Counted from the stretch's first letter, positions 26,043-35,343 are shown. The stretch: DNA of 64,000 nt from Gemmatimonadales bacterium (GCA_035557715.1 DATMDQ010000016.1:568-64567); one strand, 5' to 3'. The notes: generated by a model from the letters alone, not told the origin. Made by a program: numbers and translations.

Positions 26043-27446
26043 CTAGCGATCCGCGCGCCGGCGAAAGGCTTCCCGGCCGGCTCCGAGCGCGAACCAGGCA
26101 CACAGCACGGCCAGCGCATATGCCGACGCTTTGGGCAGGGCTACGAACAGCACGCCGAGGACAATGAATATCGCACTGATTGGCCCGAACACGGACCGGC
26201 GGGCATTGCTGGCAATGGCTCGGAGAACCAGGGCGGCCCGATGGCGAGCCTCCCGGCCGCTCCGGCGGTAAATCTCCGGCTCCCCCTCAGGTGGGATCTG
26301 GTGAGTCAGGATCGCAGGGAGGGCCTGGCTGATTCTGCGGGGGCCCCGAACCGGGCGGCTGGCCACCTCGCGGCTCCTAGCCACGTCGCGGCGAAACTGC
26401 GCCTCCATGGCGCCGGCCAGGCCAGGGTCTTCGATGAGCACATCCAGCTCGTAATTCCCCAGAAGACTCGAGGGATTGAGGTTGCTGGATCCGATCCGAA
26501 CCCATCGATCGTCGCAGATGATGGTCTTGGCGTGCAACATCGGCCCGTCCCATTCATAGATCCGCACCCCGCTCCGCAGCAGATCGCGGTAGCCGATGCG
26601 GGTGAGATTCCGGATCAAAGGAAGGTCGCTCGAGCCGGGGACGAGAAGCCGCACGTCCACACCGTCCCGGCCCGCGTCGCGAAGCGCCTGGAAGAGGCGT
26701 GGCGGCGCTACCAGGTAGGCGTCCGTGATCCAGAGCCGCTCGACACTGCCGGCTGCGAGCAGCTCTATCACCCGGTACGCTCGCTCCCGGCCCGGCTCTC
26801 CGCTGATGATGCGCACATCCGCTCCGCCCACCGGCTCCACCACTCCGGCCCTCTGATCGGGCGCCACCTCCGACCCGGTGAGCTCCCAGGCGCTGGCGAA
26901 CGTCTGATCCAGTACCGCGGCCGCGGGGCCACGAATGTCCACCGCGGTATCTCTCCATGGCTGGCTGCCGGTGTGGGTCTCACCAGTCCACTCGCACCCG
27001 ATGCACAATCCGCCGACGACGGCACGGGTGCCGTCTGCGACGACCAGCTTCCGGTGATTGCGAGACACGTTGGCGAGAACATCAACCAGCTGCGGCGGGT
27101 GAAAGGCCCGGACTTCTACGCCGGCCTTCCGGAGATAGCGCCAGAAACCGCGACCGGTAGCGATGGATCCAAACCAGTCGTACAGGACTCGTACCTGGAC
27201 TCCTTCGCGCGCCCGCCCGGCCAGCAGCTCGGCAAACCGCCACCCCGCCGCGTCGCTCCGAATGATGTAATTCTCGAAGTGAACCCAGCGTTGCGCGCCG
27301 GCAATGGCGTCGAGCATGGCGCGGTAGGTATTGGGTCCGTCAATGAGAAGAGTGACCTCATTGCCGGGGACCGGTCGCCCACCCGCTGCACGGTTGATGG
27401 CACAGGCGATCGAATGCTCCGCCCGGACGGGACGCCCTTCCGTCAC
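26043..27446 (-). CDS. cls: Phospholipase D / cardiolipin synthase family protein
   Basis: Two HKD motifs (NHRKLVVADG; LHAKTIICDDRWVRIGSSNLN). C-terminal TM helices. Confidence 0.85.
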   Translation of the reverse strand: MTEGRPVRAEHSIACAINRAAGGRPVPGNEVTLLIDGPNTYRAMLDAIAGAQRWVHFENYIIRSDAAGWRFAELLAGRAREGVQVRVLYDWFGSIATGRGFWRYLRKAGVEVRAFHPPQLVDVLANVSRNHRKLVVADGTRAVVGGLCIGCEWTGETHTGSQPWRDTAVDIRGPAAAVLDQTFASAWELTGSEVAPDQRAGVVEPVGGADVRIISGEPGRERAYRVIELLAAGSVERLWITDAYLVAPPRLFQALRDAGRDGVDVRLLVPGSSDLPLIRNLTRIGYRDLLRSGVRIYEWDGPMLHAKTIICDDRWVRIGSSNLNPSSLLGNYELDVLIEDPGLAGAMEAQFRRDVARSREVASRPVRGPRRISQALPAILTHQIPPEGEPEIYRRSGREARHRAALVLRAIASNARRSVFGPISAIFIVLGVLFVALPKASAYALAVLCAWFALGAGREAFRRRADR

Positions 27447-28024
27447 GGAGCTCCGAGGCCCAGGGTCCGTTCATGCGGTCTGAGTGCGGCCAGCATGAAG
27501 GCGATGTGATCGTCGAGCGGAACGTCCAGCTCTTCAGCACCCCGCACCACATCGTCCCGGCTCACTCCCCGGGCAAACGCCTTGTCCTTGAGCTTCTTCT
27601 TGACGCTGGAGACTTCCAGATCCTGGAGGCTCCGGGATGGGCGGACCAGGGCGCAGGCGACCAGAAAGCCGGCCAGCTCGTCCACGGCAAAGAGCGCCTT
27701 GGCCATCGGCGTGTCACGGGGAACCCCGCTGTAGTTGGCGTGGCCCAGGATGGCCCGCTGCATCGGCTCGGGAAATCCGCCGGCAGCCAGTGTGCGCACG
27801 CCTTCGGCAGGATGGCCTTCTGTGGCGGAGTGTTCGGAGTTGGGAAACCGTTCATAATCGAAGTCGTGCAGCAGGCCGACCAGGCCCCAGCTCTCCGGGT
27901 CCTCGCCGGCCCGCTCCGCCATAGCCCGCATCGCGATCTCCACTGCGTACATGTGCTTTCGGAGGGCATCCGATGGGGTGTATTCGTGCATCAAGGCCAG
28001 GGCGCGGTCGCGGGTCCAGGTCAT
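27443..28024 (-). CDS. HD-domain (HDIG-like) metal-dependent phosphohydrolase
   Basis: LRKHMYAVEIAMRAMAE...GLLHDFDY...H motif arrangement of HD hydrolases. Confidence 0.85.
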   Translation of the reverse strand: MTWTRDRALALMHEYTPSDALRKHMYAVEIAMRAMAERAGEDPESWGLVGLLHDFDYERFPNSEHSATEGHPAEGVRTLAAGGFPEPMQRAILGHANYSGVPRDTPMAKALFAVDELAGFLVACALVRPSRSLQDLEVSSVKKKLKDKAFARGVSRDDVVRGAEELDVPLDDHIAFMLAALRPHERTLGLGAP

Positions 28025-28042
28025 GGTTTTCCTTCTTACCTC

Positions 28043-28456
28043 TTACCTCTCACTTTGAGGCTGCTGTTGTGGATACCCCGCCGTGAGTGCAACCCGGCTG
28101 GCAAGCTCGCCATCGAGGCTGATTTCGAAGGCATAAGGTCCGGGCCGGGGCAGTGGGACATCGAAGACGAGAACCGCCCCAGCTTCGACGTCCACTACGC
28201 CGGCCGGGGGCTCCCCGAACTGAACGGTGCCCTCGCCGCCCATGAGCTCGGTTCCGGCTTCGTCCACGAACCGAATGCGGATGGTGTGGATCCCGATCTC
28301 GGTGCGCCGCCCGCGCACCCGGAGCACCAGATGGGTCCGGGGGTAGACAGCGGGAAAGTTGGAGAGCCAGACGTGCTGAAACATGCCGAGCACGCTGAGC
28401 TTGCCCTGCTGGTCGATCAGGGCGTAATCGGCGACGACCGCGAAATCGAGGTGCAG
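28043..28456 (-). CDS. Hypothetical protein; probable start upstream of the listed GTG (candidate CTG at 28456)
   Basis: The frame remains open and protein-like (HLDFAVVADYALIDQQGKLS) upstream of GTG 28393. There is no ATG/GTG/TTG between the in-frame stop (28481-28483) and 28393. Confidence 0.5.
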   Translation of the reverse strand: MHLDFAVVADYALIDQQGKLSVLGMFQHVWLSNFPAVYPRTHLVLRVRGRRTEIGIHTIRIRFVDEAGTELMGGEGTVQFGEPPAGVVDVEAGAVLVFDVPLPRPGPYAFEISLDGELASRVALTAGYPQQQPQSER

Positions 28457-28457
28457 C

Positions 28458-28910
28458 TCAGCTGACTCGGATGGATGTAATCACGTCGTTCTGCTTGATC
28501 TTGTTGACCACATCCATCCCGTCGGTGACCTGACCAAAAACCGTGTGGACCTTGTCCAGGTGAGGCTGGGGCGAGTGGGTGATGAAGAACTGGCTGCCGC
28601 CCGTGTCCTTCCCGGCGTGCGCCATCGAGAGGGTTCCGGTGGCGTGCTTATGGGTGTTGAGGTGGGTCTCACACTTGATCTTGTAGCCCGGTCCGCCGGT
28701 ACCGACCCGCGGATTGGAAGCATCCTTCGAAAGCGGATCGCCTCCCTGGATCATGAAGTTCGGGATGACGCGATGAAAGCGGGTTCCATCGTAGAACTCG
28801 CTGTTGGCCAGCTTCTCGAAGTTAGAGACGGTGCCCGGCACCTCGGTGTCGAACAATTCCGCCTTGATGGTGCCCTTGCTGGTCTCGATTGTTGCGTTCT
28901 TCTTGGCCAC
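28458..28910 (-). CDS. ppiB: Peptidyl-prolyl cis-trans isomerase (cyclophilin type)
   Basis: [15 protein letters not shown]...[18 protein letters not shown]...LD..HTVFG are canonical cyclophilin motifs. Confidence 0.95.
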   Translation of the reverse strand: MAKKNATIETSKGTIKAELFDTEVPGTVSNFEKLANSEFYDGTRFHRVIPNFMIQGGDPLSKDASNPRVGTGGPGYKIKCETHLNTHKHATGTLSMAHAGKDTGGSQFFITHSPQPHLDKVHTVFGQVTDGMDVVNKIKQNDVITSIRVS

Positions 28911-28955
28911 GGATAACCCTCGGGAAAAATGACGTCCTAATCTAACGGGAAGAGA

Positions 28956-31037
28956 CTATGCCGGAACGCTCGGGCGCAAAGACTCCAGCGTCTCGCGCCA
29001 GGCGGCAGGCTCGTCCGCGGGCTGGGTGCAACTCGCGCCGACGCAGGCATAGCCCCTTGGGAATCGCCCCGCCGCCAGCATCCCGCTCAGCGCCTCCGGG
29101 AGAGGTCGGCTCCCCGCCTCGGCAGGTTTGATATTCTGGACCACTCGGCGCGCCGCGAAGCCCGCCAGCGCGGTCCGGTGCATGGCCTGGGTACTCGGAT
29201 CGGTGGAGTCCCCCACGACCACGAGGTGAGTGGCGGGATTGAGCTGCCAATCCACTGCCAGCAGATAGGCGGCCGCGTAGAGTCCCAGCTCCTGCGCTCG
29301 TCCCGCGAACGCCCGGACGAGCGCTCCACCCCGCTGCTTCCAGCGTGGATCGCCAGTGAGTTCGTGCAGCCGCGCAACGACGATGCCGGCAACGCCGTTG
29401 GGCGATGGGGTCGGTGTGTCCTGGACCGGTTTTGCCCTGGCGGGCAGCAAGCCCTCTTCTGCCGACCGGCTTCTGGCCGTATCGAACAGCCCGCCTTCGT
29501 TGCCGTCCCAGTAGTCGGACCAGACCCGATCCATGAGCCGCTCACTCCACTCGAGCCACTCACGCTTGCCCGTCGTCTCGTAGGCATCGAGTGCCCCCGC
29601 TGCCGTCTGCACCTGATCATCCAGTAGCCCCTGAAGACCACCGGAGGTGTGGGCTACTCTGTCGCCATCCGGGTTTTCCCGTCGGAGGCGCTCCAGCGTC
29701 AGCAGGCCATGGCTCCGGCCCCACTCGTCTCCCAGCACCGCTCCCGCCCGGAGCATAGCCGAGGCCATCATGGCGTTCCAGTTGGTATAGCGGGTGCGAT
29801 CGATGAACGGCGCGGTCCTCTGGGCCCGGGCCGCTCGCAGCTTGTCCTGCGCGGAGCGCAGGACTTTCTCGATGGTCTCCTGACTCTTACCGGTGCGCTG
29901 AGCCAGGCCTGGTACGGTCGCGGAGATGAAGAGCACGTTCTTGCCCGGATCATGGTGCATCTCCCCGGCGGTGCCGATGTCGTAGTACGCGGCGGCAACC
30001 TCAAGCTCGTCGGGACTCAAGACCGCGGCAGCCTCGTCGCGGGTCCAGGTGAAGTAGTCGCCGTCGTCGTCGAGACCCACATCGGCGTCCTGGCTTGCGG
30101 CGTAGCCTCCCTTTGGATCGGCCATCACCTCACGGACCCACCGGACGATCCCTCTGGCCACCTCGGCGTACTCCTCGTTGCCGAAGAGCGCGTGTGCGTC
30201 GAGGTAGGCCTTGAGCAGCTCCGAATTGTCGTAGGACATCTTTTCGAAGTGGGGGACGATCCAGCGGGCGTCGACGCTGTAGCGGTGAAAGCCCCCGGCC
30301 AACTGATCGTACATCCCTCCCCGCGCCATGCCTTGCAGGGTGCGGTCAATGACGGTGCGGATCTGCTCGGAGGGCTGGTCGTACCACCGGTGCAGCAGCA
30401 GCGTGAGGGCTCCCGGATGGGGAAATTTCGGTTGGCTCCCGAATCCGCCGTTTATCGAGTCGAACACCCGAACCATCTGGTCCACGGCCGCGTCCAGCAT
30501 TGGAGGGCCAACCTCGCCCGGCGCACTCTCATCCAGATGTTCCTCCAGCACCCGGCGGATGGCCTGCGCCTGGGCTTGCACCTGCTCGGGCCGGGCTCGG
30601 TACGCGTCGAGGACGCTGGCGAGCACCGACCGGAAGCCCGGCCGCCCATACTGGCCATCAGGCGGGAAATACGTGCCGCCGAAGAAGACCTCTCCCTTGG
30701 GGTTGAGAAACGCCGTCAGCGGCCACCCCCCCTGCTGGGTCAGGGTCTGGACGGCGCGCTGGTAACGCGCGTCCACATCAGGACGCTCGTCGCGATCCAC
30801 CTTGATGCAGACAAAATGCTCGTTCAGGAAGCCGGCGAGCTCGAGGTTCTCGTAGGACTCGCCGTCCATGACATGGCACCAGTGGCACCAGACGGCGCCG
30901 ATGTCGAGCAGCACCGGCTTGTCGGCCGTCTGGGCCGCGGCGAATGCCTCGGGACCCCAGGGGTACCAATGGATCGGCTGATGGGACGCCGATTGGAGAT
31001 AGGCCGAAGCTGAATCGGCCAAGCGGTTCATGGTCAT
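28956..31037 (-). CDS. Thioredoxin-domain protein (DUF255/YyaL family, N-terminal Trx fold + (alpha/alpha)6 domain)
   Basis: WYPWGPEAF...KPVLLDIGAVWCHWCHVM...FV.IKVDREERPD followed by a long alpha-helical domain. Confidence 0.85.
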   Translation of the reverse strand: MTMNRLADSASAYLQSASHQPIHWYPWGPEAFAAAQTADKPVLLDIGAVWCHWCHVMDGESYENLELAGFLNEHFVCIKVDRDERPDVDARYQRAVQTLTQQGGWPLTAFLNPKGEVFFGGTYFPPDGQYGRPGFRSVLASVLDAYRARPEQVQAQAQAIRRVLEEHLDESAPGEVGPPMLDAAVDQMVRVFDSINGGFGSQPKFPHPGALTLLLHRWYDQPSEQIRTVIDRTLQGMARGGMYDQLAGGFHRYSVDARWIVPHFEKMSYDNSELLKAYLDAHALFGNEEYAEVARGIVRWVREVMADPKGGYAASQDADVGLDDDGDYFTWTRDEAAAVLSPDELEVAAAYYDIGTAGEMHHDPGKNVLFISATVPGLAQRTGKSQETIEKVLRSAQDKLRAARAQRTAPFIDRTRYTNWNAMMASAMLRAGAVLGDEWGRSHGLLTLERLRRENPDGDRVAHTSGGLQGLLDDQVQTAAGALDAYETTGKREWLEWSERLMDRVWSDYWDGNEGGLFDTARSRSAEEGLLPARAKPVQDTPTPSPNGVAGIVVARLHELTGDPRWKQRGGALVRAFAGRAQELGLYAAAYLLAVDWQLNPATHLVVVGDSTDPSTQAMHRTALAGFAARRVVQNIKPAEAGSRPLPEALSGMLAAGRFPRGYACVGASCTQPADEPAAWRETLESLRPSVPA

Positions 31038-31110
31038 GAGTAGAAGGTAAACGGCTGGACGGCCCGGCTGGTGATTTCCGACCGGTGTCTAACCGAGCTA
31101 CTCTTCCTCC

Positions 31111-31872
31111 ATGTTCGGACTGGACGAGTGGATTGCAGGCCACGGGGGTAACGGCCTGATGGCGCTGGCGGTGGCCCTCCTGCTGGGTCTCCGGCACGCC
31201 ACCGACCCTGACCACCTCACCGCGGTCTCGACCCTTATCCTGTCGGACCAGCGGGACGGCGCACGTCGGGCTGGATCCCTAGGCCTCGCGTGGGGGCTCG
31301 GCCATGCCACCACATTGCTGGTCTTCGGGCTGCCGGTGGTCTTGTTCCGGCGGTATCTGCCCGACGGGCTGATCCGGGGCGCAGAGGTGGCCATCGGCCT
31401 GGTGATCATCTTCCTCGCGCTCAGGCTCCTGCTCCGCTGGGCGCAGGGCTACTTCCATATCCATCCGCACAGCCACGATGGGGTGAACCACTCGCATCCA
31501 CACGTCCACCAGGGTCGCCAGGCCAGCCACTCGCCTACCGGCCACCGTCACTCGCACGCCGAGGCACTGGGCCGGTCGCCTTTGGCGGCGTTCGGGATCG
31601 GGATGGTACATGGAATCGGCGGTTCGGCGGGGGTGGGAATTCTGGTGGTTGGTGCAGCGTCGAGCCAGATGACCGGGGTGGCGGCGCTGGTGCTCTTTGC
31701 CCTGGCCACCGCGATATCGATGGCCCTGGTCTCATCCTTCTTCGGCTACGCTCTGGCGCGAGGCCCTGTCGCCCGGCGCGCCGCCTCTCTTATCCCTGTG
31801 CTGGCGTTGGCCAGCCTGGCCTTCGGGGTCTGGTACGCGTTCGAGGCCGTGGGCGCTCAGTCCCTCTTCTAA
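31111..31872 (+). CDS. NicO/RcnA-like nickel/cobalt transporter
   Basis: HATDPDHL motif, His-rich loop (HIHPHSHDGVNHSHPHVH...HRHSH), six hydrophobic helices. Confidence 0.8.
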   Translation: MFGLDEWIAGHGGNGLMALAVALLLGLRHATDPDHLTAVSTLILSDQRDGARRAGSLGLAWGLGHATTLLVFGLPVVLFRRYLPDGLIRGAEVAIGLVIIFLALRLLLRWAQGYFHIHPHSHDGVNHSHPHVHQGRQASHSPTGHRHSHAEALGRSPLAAFGIGMVHGIGGSAGVGILVVGAASSQMTGVAALVLFALATAISMALVSSFFGYALARGPVARRAASLIPVLALASLAFGVWYAFEAVGAQSLF

Positions 31873-32300
31873 GACCCCTTCTGACTCAACGAGTGGACGT
31901 ACGCCGCACAGGCTTTGACGTCCTCGTCGCTGAGGGTGGAACCGCCCTTGGGCGGCATCGGGATTCCGCTCTTGGACTCTTCCTTCGGGACCCCGTGAAG
32001 GATCTGCGCTTCGATCTCCGCGAGTGTCCCCTTGCTATGAATCCACTCTGAATCCGTCAGGTTCGGACCGACCAGGCCCTCCCCCTTGCTGCCATGGCAG
32101 GCGTAGCAGTTGCCTGGGCCGTGGAACACCGCGTCTCCCTGGGCGATCAATGCTGAAGAAGAGGCGCCCGGGGGCGCTTCCGAGGTAGCCGGTGGGGTGG
32201 CCGGAGTGGTCGAGGTTTCCGAGGTGGCCTGGGCTGCAGCGGGCACCGCCCCAGCCATTATGAGCGAGGCGAGAACCCCGAGACAGGTCCGCGTGTCCAT
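31869..32300 (-). CDS. Class I c-type cytochrome (secreted)
   Basis: Signal peptide, Ala/Pro/Thr-rich linker, CYACHG haem-binding motif, distal IPMPP Met. Confidence 0.8.
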   Translation of the reverse strand: MDTRTCLGVLASLIMAGAVPAAAQATSETSTTPATPPATSEAPPGASSSALIAQGDAVFHGPGNCYACHGSKGEGLVGPNLTDSEWIHSKGTLAEIEAQILHGVPKEESKSGIPMPPKGGSTLSDEDVKACAAYVHSLSQKGS

Positions 32301-32357
32301 TTCAAGCTCCTGGGGGAGAATACCTTCGCATCAGATATATCCCCCCACGAGAGTTGG

Positions 32358-33884
32358 TCAAGACGGTGCAACCGGCCGGATCTCGATCCTTCGATTCGCG
32401 GCACGCCCCCGCGGCGTTGTATCCGGAGTCCTGGGCATGCTGGACCCGTATCCTCGGGCCACCATCTGCTGGAATGGGACGCCCTTGGCTACGAGGTAGT
32501 TTCGAACCGCCTCCGCCCTCAGGTTCGAGAGGTGCATGTTGTCGGCCGGCGTTCCACCCTCGTCGGTGTGGCCCCCGATCTCAACCCGGAGGTTCGGATT
32601 GGCAGTGAGGACCTTGGCGATAGAATCCAGCTCGATGTACGCCGCGGTCTGAAGACGAGCACTGCCGGTGCCGAACGTCACGCCCTCCAGCACCATTGCC
32701 TGGCTGCCCACCATAGCCGGACCGCTGGGCTGGTTTTGTTGGCGGGGTTGCTGTTGCCGGGCCGCCGAGGTGTCTGCTCGTGACGGCGCTGGTTGCCTGC
32801 CTTGCTGTCCTGCGGCACACCCCGCGGCGTTGACGCTGGCCCCGGTCGGTGTCCTGGGGCAGCGGTCCAGACCATCCAGCGCTCCGTCGCCGTCCTCGTC
32901 ACCCGGGCAACCCAGGGCATCCACGGTGGCGCCTTTGGGCGTATCTGAGCACCGGTCCAGCCCATCCGCGATGCGGTCGCCATCGCTGTCGCGTGGGCAG
33001 CCGTTCGAGTCCACCAGGACACCCGCGGGGGTGTCGGCACATTTATCGATCCCATCCGCGATGTTGTCGCCATCGCTGTCCTGGCTACAGCCGGCCGCGT
33101 CAACCAGGGCGCCCGTCCCGCTGTTGGGGCAGCGATCGACGCCGTTGGGTACGCCATCCCCATCGCTATCGGACGGGCAACCGCTTCCGTCTACCTGCGC
33201 GCCAGCCGGGGTTCCGGCACAGCGGTCCCGGTTATTCAGGATTCCGTCGCCATCGCTGTCCGGAATCGGCTTGCTACCGAGCATCAGGCTGACGCCGACA
33301 TTCACGCCGAAATTGGAGAACTTGATGGTAGTGTCTCTGGCGGGATTCGATCCGGGCACTGTGGTCGTTCCCCGATTGGGATTGATGACCCCCTCGGCCC
33401 GCAGCATGAGCGTCGGGGTCAACCCAATGCGAGCCCCCAGCCCGGCCACGAAGGTGGAGGTGGTGCCACAGAGCTTTCCTTGGAATTCCTGCGCCTGGCA
33501 ATCCGCGGTTGTGCTGGCGCCATATCGAACGCCGCCATAGCCGAGCTTTGCGTACCCCCAGGTCTTCGATCCGAAGAGCACGTTATACAGAACCGAAGCG
33601 GTTGTGGTTCTGACACTCACCGAGGAAGGCTTGGCGATCGACCCCTCCGCCTCGAGTGAGAAATTGAGGGGAAGCCACACCCCAATCCGCGCCAACCCCC
33701 CGGCTCCGCTGCCCAGATGGGTAGAGTCCGCGAACGACTGATACGCCCCCGAGGCACCTACCTCGAAGAGGTAACGCCGCTCCTGCGCCTCGGCGTGTGA
33801 GATGCACGAGAGTGTCAACACAAGAGCGCCCAGGTGCCTGAGCGCCCGGGCTAATCCCCCACCGGGGAACCGATAGGTTCGCAT
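32358..33884 (-). CDS. OmpA-family outer membrane protein with thrombospondin type-3 (Asp-rich Ca-binding) repeats
   Basis: N-terminal beta-barrel. About 8 repeats of D.DGDG..D..D.CP.TP.G. C-terminal OmpA domain (GHTD..G....N..LS..RA.AV..YL). Confidence 0.85.
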   Translation of the reverse strand: MRTYRFPGGGLARALRHLGALVLTLSCISHAEAQERRYLFEVGASGAYQSFADSTHLGSGAGGLARIGVWLPLNFSLEAEGSIAKPSSVSVRTTTASVLYNVLFGSKTWGYAKLGYGGVRYGASTTADCQAQEFQGKLCGTTSTFVAGLGARIGLTPTLMLRAEGVINPNRGTTTVPGSNPARDTTIKFSNFGVNVGVSLMLGSKPIPDSDGDGILNNRDRCAGTPAGAQVDGSGCPSDSDGDGVPNGVDRCPNSGTGALVDAAGCSQDSDGDNIADGIDKCADTPAGVLVDSNGCPRDSDGDRIADGLDRCSDTPKGATVDALGCPGDEDGDGALDGLDRCPRTPTGASVNAAGCAAGQQGRQPAPSRADTSAARQQQPRQQNQPSGPAMVGSQAMVLEGVTFGTGSARLQTAAYIELDSIAKVLTANPNLRVEIGGHTDEGGTPADNMHLSNLRAEAVRNYLVAKGVPFQQMVARGYGSSMPRTPDTTPRGRAANRRIEIRPVAPS

Positions 33885-34023
33885 GGGTCAAATAGATACG
33901 CGAGGAGGGTGGGGCTGACAAGGAGCGGCATCACAGCGGGACGCGTCCCCTTGGCATCCCCCCTCGGCGCCGCTACGATTCGCGGCGGTACGTGCCCCTA
34001 TCTCGTGAAAAGGGTACCCAATA

Positions 34024-34260
34024 ATGCAAGTCACCATTCAGTACTGTGTGGTCTGAAACTACCAGCCCCGAGCCGCCAGTTTGGCGGCTGAGCTGAAGCA
34101 AGCCTACCCCGACGCTGAAGTCAGGTTTATCGAATCCTCGGGTGGTGTCTTTGAAGTGGCGGTAGATGGCCGGCCGGTGTTTTCCAAGAAGGCATCCCGG
34201 CGACATGCCGAGCCCGGAGAGGTTCTCAAGGCGGTCCAGCAGTTGAGAGGTGGTAAGTGA
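34024..34260 (+). CDS. selW: SelW-like (Rdx family) selenoprotein; TGA at 34054-34056 read as selenocysteine
   Basis: ATG 34024. Translation: MQVTIQYCVV-U-NYQPRAASLAAELKQAYPDAEVRFIESSGGVFEVAVDGRPVFSKKASRRHAEPGEVLKAVQQLRGGK. CxxU redox motif, a SECIS-like hairpin just downstream, and stop at 34258-34260, 3 nt before the pfk ATG. Absent from the ORF track because of the in-frame TGA. Confidence 0.8.
34063..34095 (+). promoter_or_regulatory. Bacterial SECIS-like stem-loop
   Basis: Outer stem CAGC (34063-66) / GCTG (34092-95). Upper perfect 7-bp stem AGCCGCC (34071-77) / GGCGGCT (34083-89). Loop AGUUU, with its G-U ~25 nt from the UGA. Confidence 0.6.
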
Positions 34261-34263
34261 CCC

Positions 34264-35343
34264 ATGCGCATTGCCATCTCCACTGGCGGGGGTGACGCCC
34301 CCGGTCTGAACGCGGTGATCCGCGCCGTGGTCCTTTCGGCTCATAACCGCGGATGGCGGTCCTACGGCATCCAGCGTGGCTACGAAGGCCTTCTCAGCTT
34401 CAACGGTGTCGTTCCCCTGGGGCCTGCTGAGGTTCGGGGCATCACCCACCTTGGCGGGACCATCCTGGGCACTACCAACCGCGGCAACCCGTTTCGCTAT
34501 GTGACTCGGGACGCGGAAGGCAACGAGCACGAGACCGATCGCTCCGACGACATGGTGGCCGCGTTTCAGGCCAGCGGGTTCGACGCCCTGGTCTCGATCG
34601 GCGGAGACGGCAGCCTGCAGATCTCCTACGAACTCTGGAAGAAGGGTCTTCCAGTCGTCTGCGTCCCCAAGACCATCGACAACGACGTCAGCGGCACTCA
34701 GCGCACCTTCGGATTCGACACCGCCGTAAGCACCGCCACGGAAGCGATAGACCGGCTGCATTCCACGGCGGAGAGCCATGACCGGGTCATGGTGGTCGAG
34801 CTCATGGGCCGGTATGCGGGCTGGATTGCGCTGTACAGCGGCCTGTCCGGCAGCGCCGACGTCATCCTGTTGCCCGAGATCCCCTTCGACATCGAGAAGG
34901 TCTGCGCCAAGATCCGGGCCCGTGAGGCCGCCGGGCGGCATTTCAGTATCGTGGTGGTGGCGGAGGGTGCGCGGTCAAGGGATGGGGCCATCGAGCTGCT
35001 CGAACGCCGCGGCGCAGGAACGGTGGATCGCCTGGGCGGAATCGGGAGCAAGGTGGCCCGGGCGATCGAGCATGCCACCGGCAAGGAAACCCGGACCCTG
35101 GTGCTGGGGCACCTTCAGCGCGGCGGTTCGCCCACCACCTATGATCGGCTTCTCGCGCTCCGGTTTGGGGCAGCCGCGGTGCGGGCGATCGCGGAGGGTG
35201 CGTTCGGGATGATGGTCGGGCTCAAGGGACCCGGCATCGAGCAGGTGCCGCTGGAGGAGGTCGTCGGCAAATCGAAGAATGTGCCCCTCGACTCGGACAC
35301 GATTGCCACTGCGCGCGAGTTAGGGATCAGTTTAGGGGATTAG
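34264..35343 (+). CDS. pfkA: 6-phosphofructokinase (PfkA family; phosphoryl donor not resolvable)
   Basis: MRIAISTGGGDAPGLNAVIR...SIGGDGS...PKTIDNDV...MGR.AG. Gly at the E. coli-104 position and Lys at the 124 position. Confidence 0.9.
   Translation: MRIAISTGGGDAPGLNAVIRAVVLSAHNRGWRSYGIQRGYEGLLSFNGVVPLGPAEVRGITHLGGTILGTTNRGNPFRYVTRDAEGNEHETDRSDDMVAAFQASGFDALVSIGGDGSLQISYELWKKGLPVVCVPKTIDNDVSGTQRTFGFDTAVSTATEAIDRLHSTAESHDRVMVVELMGRYAGWIALYSGLSGSADVILLPEIPFDIEKVCAKIRAREAAGRHFSIVVVAEGARSRDGAIELLERRGAGTVDRLGGIGSKVARAIEHATGKETRTLVLGHLQRGGSPTTYDRLLALRFGAAAVRAIAEGAFGMMVGLKGPGIEQVPLEEVVGKSKNVPLDSDTIATARELGISLGD

Noticed and set aside
26025-28465. Long + strand ORFs (26025..27509, 494 aa; 27473..28465, 330 aa) covering the cls, HD and hypothetical genes
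   Set aside because: They are antisense shadows of well-supported minus-strand genes (HKD motifs, HD motif). Their translations are Arg/Pro/Gly-rich low-complexity sequence typical of off-frame ORFs in high-GC DNA.
33909-34091. Listed 60-aa + ORF (MGLTRSGITAGRV...) across the selenoprotein start
   Set aside because: It is in a different frame from the SelW-like reading and has no family resemblance. The CxxU frame gives a coherent Rdx-like protein with a SECIS-like hairpin.
33973-34941. 322-aa minus-strand ORF overlapping the SelW-like gene and pfk
   Set aside because: It is antisense to an unmistakable phosphofructokinase. It has no recognisable motifs and typical shadow-ORF composition. 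The + frame explains the region better.
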